64,000 bases of DNA, from contig MU054187.1 in assembly GCA_013239625.1 (NCBI GenBank), forward strand, positions 186,001-250,000, written 5' to 3'. This DNA is from Lama guanicoe (lineage: Eukaryota). The position numbers were made by a program, and so were the translations under genes. The notes beneath the pieces were generated by a model. It saw only the letters and a list, made by a program, of their open reading frames with translations. It searched no databases and had not been told where the DNA came from. Positions 63,320 through 64,000 of this stretch are shown here, in pieces. Positions within the stretch are counted from its first letter, which is position 1, and each line of letters begins with the position of its first letter.

Positions 63320-63940
63320 AAAAAATAATAATTTGTAGTGAGACTTGCAAAATTAACCATTTTAAAGAGAGAAATTCAGTGCCGTTAGTCCATTCACAGT
63401 GTTGTGCAACCACCTCTTTTTGTACATTGTCTTTTGTTATTTCAGTGGCTTTGAAAGCAGTGGTAGTCTAGTTTTTAATCACAGTGTAACTGAGATAAAA
63501 TACACCCTTACAGCGTGCACAGCTCGCTGTCACTGCTGTATTCACACAGTTGTGCAACATCCCCACTAACTAGCTGCAGAGTATCTCCATCACTCCAGAA
63601 AGAAACCCGTGTCCACCGGCAGTCACGCCCCACCCCTCCCAGCCCTGGCACCCACTCTTCTGCCACCTGTCTCCGCAGACAGCCTGTTGTGGACACACAT
63701 GGACATGAACTCGTACGCTGTGTGTTCTTGTGTTTCTGGCTCTTGTCACTTAGTGAAACATTTTTAAGACATTCCTCAGGCTTCCTTCCTTTTTGTGGCT
63801 GAATATTCCATCATTTGGATAGACCTGCTTTGTTTATCCATTCATTGGTTGATGCATATTTTTTTGATTTGCTGTGAATATGCATGTAAGGCCTTTGGGT
63901 GGACATCTATTTTCTGTTCTTTGGGCATATTCCTGTAGTT
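63320..63940 (-). mobile_element. L1MB-type 3' fragments
   Basis: aaattaaccattttaaag...cattcacagtgttgtgcaaccac and ttgtttatccattcattggttgatg. Confidence 0.75.
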
Positions 63941-64000
63941 TAGATCGTTTTCATGTTGGCCGTCATCCTAAACAGAGCAGCCGTACAACTGGGAGGAACC

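Noticed and set aside
1..64000. CRISPR array, operon or other prokaryotic-type system; nested CEBPD coding sequence
   Set aside because: The sequence is mammalian intron and exon with no repeat-spacer array. No GC-rich bZIP ORF is visible; CEBPD would lie beyond the 3' end of SPIDR, outside this window.

Overview
This is mammalian genomic DNA, probably camelid, judging from the tRNA-derived SINE and young L1 3' ends. The window appears to lie wholly inside the + strand gene SPIDR (KIAA0146, scaffold protein involved in DNA repair). Six internal coding exons with canonical AG/GT boundaries (35322-35462, 48916-49003, 49821-49964, 50060-50119, 60389-60590, 61493-61639) splice into one open frame. 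That frame matches my recollection of the C-terminal half of human SPIDR (about exons 11-16). The rest is intron, dominated by decayed mobile elements: old and young L1, L2, MIR, a full-length Tigger1, MER58/Charlie hAT elements, MaLR LTRs and tRNA-derived SINEs. There is one 136-N assembly gap. Nearly all ORFs in the supplied track are spurious or repeat-derived. I found no convincing novel multi-gene system. The best leads are a candidate L1 3' transduction nested in a SINE tail, a candidate 67-nt poison exon, a tail-less internal L1 fragment, and a re-splicing-prone exon junction. Repeat family names come from recognising consensus sequence by eye, and repeat boundaries are approximate unless TSDs or TIRs are quoted.
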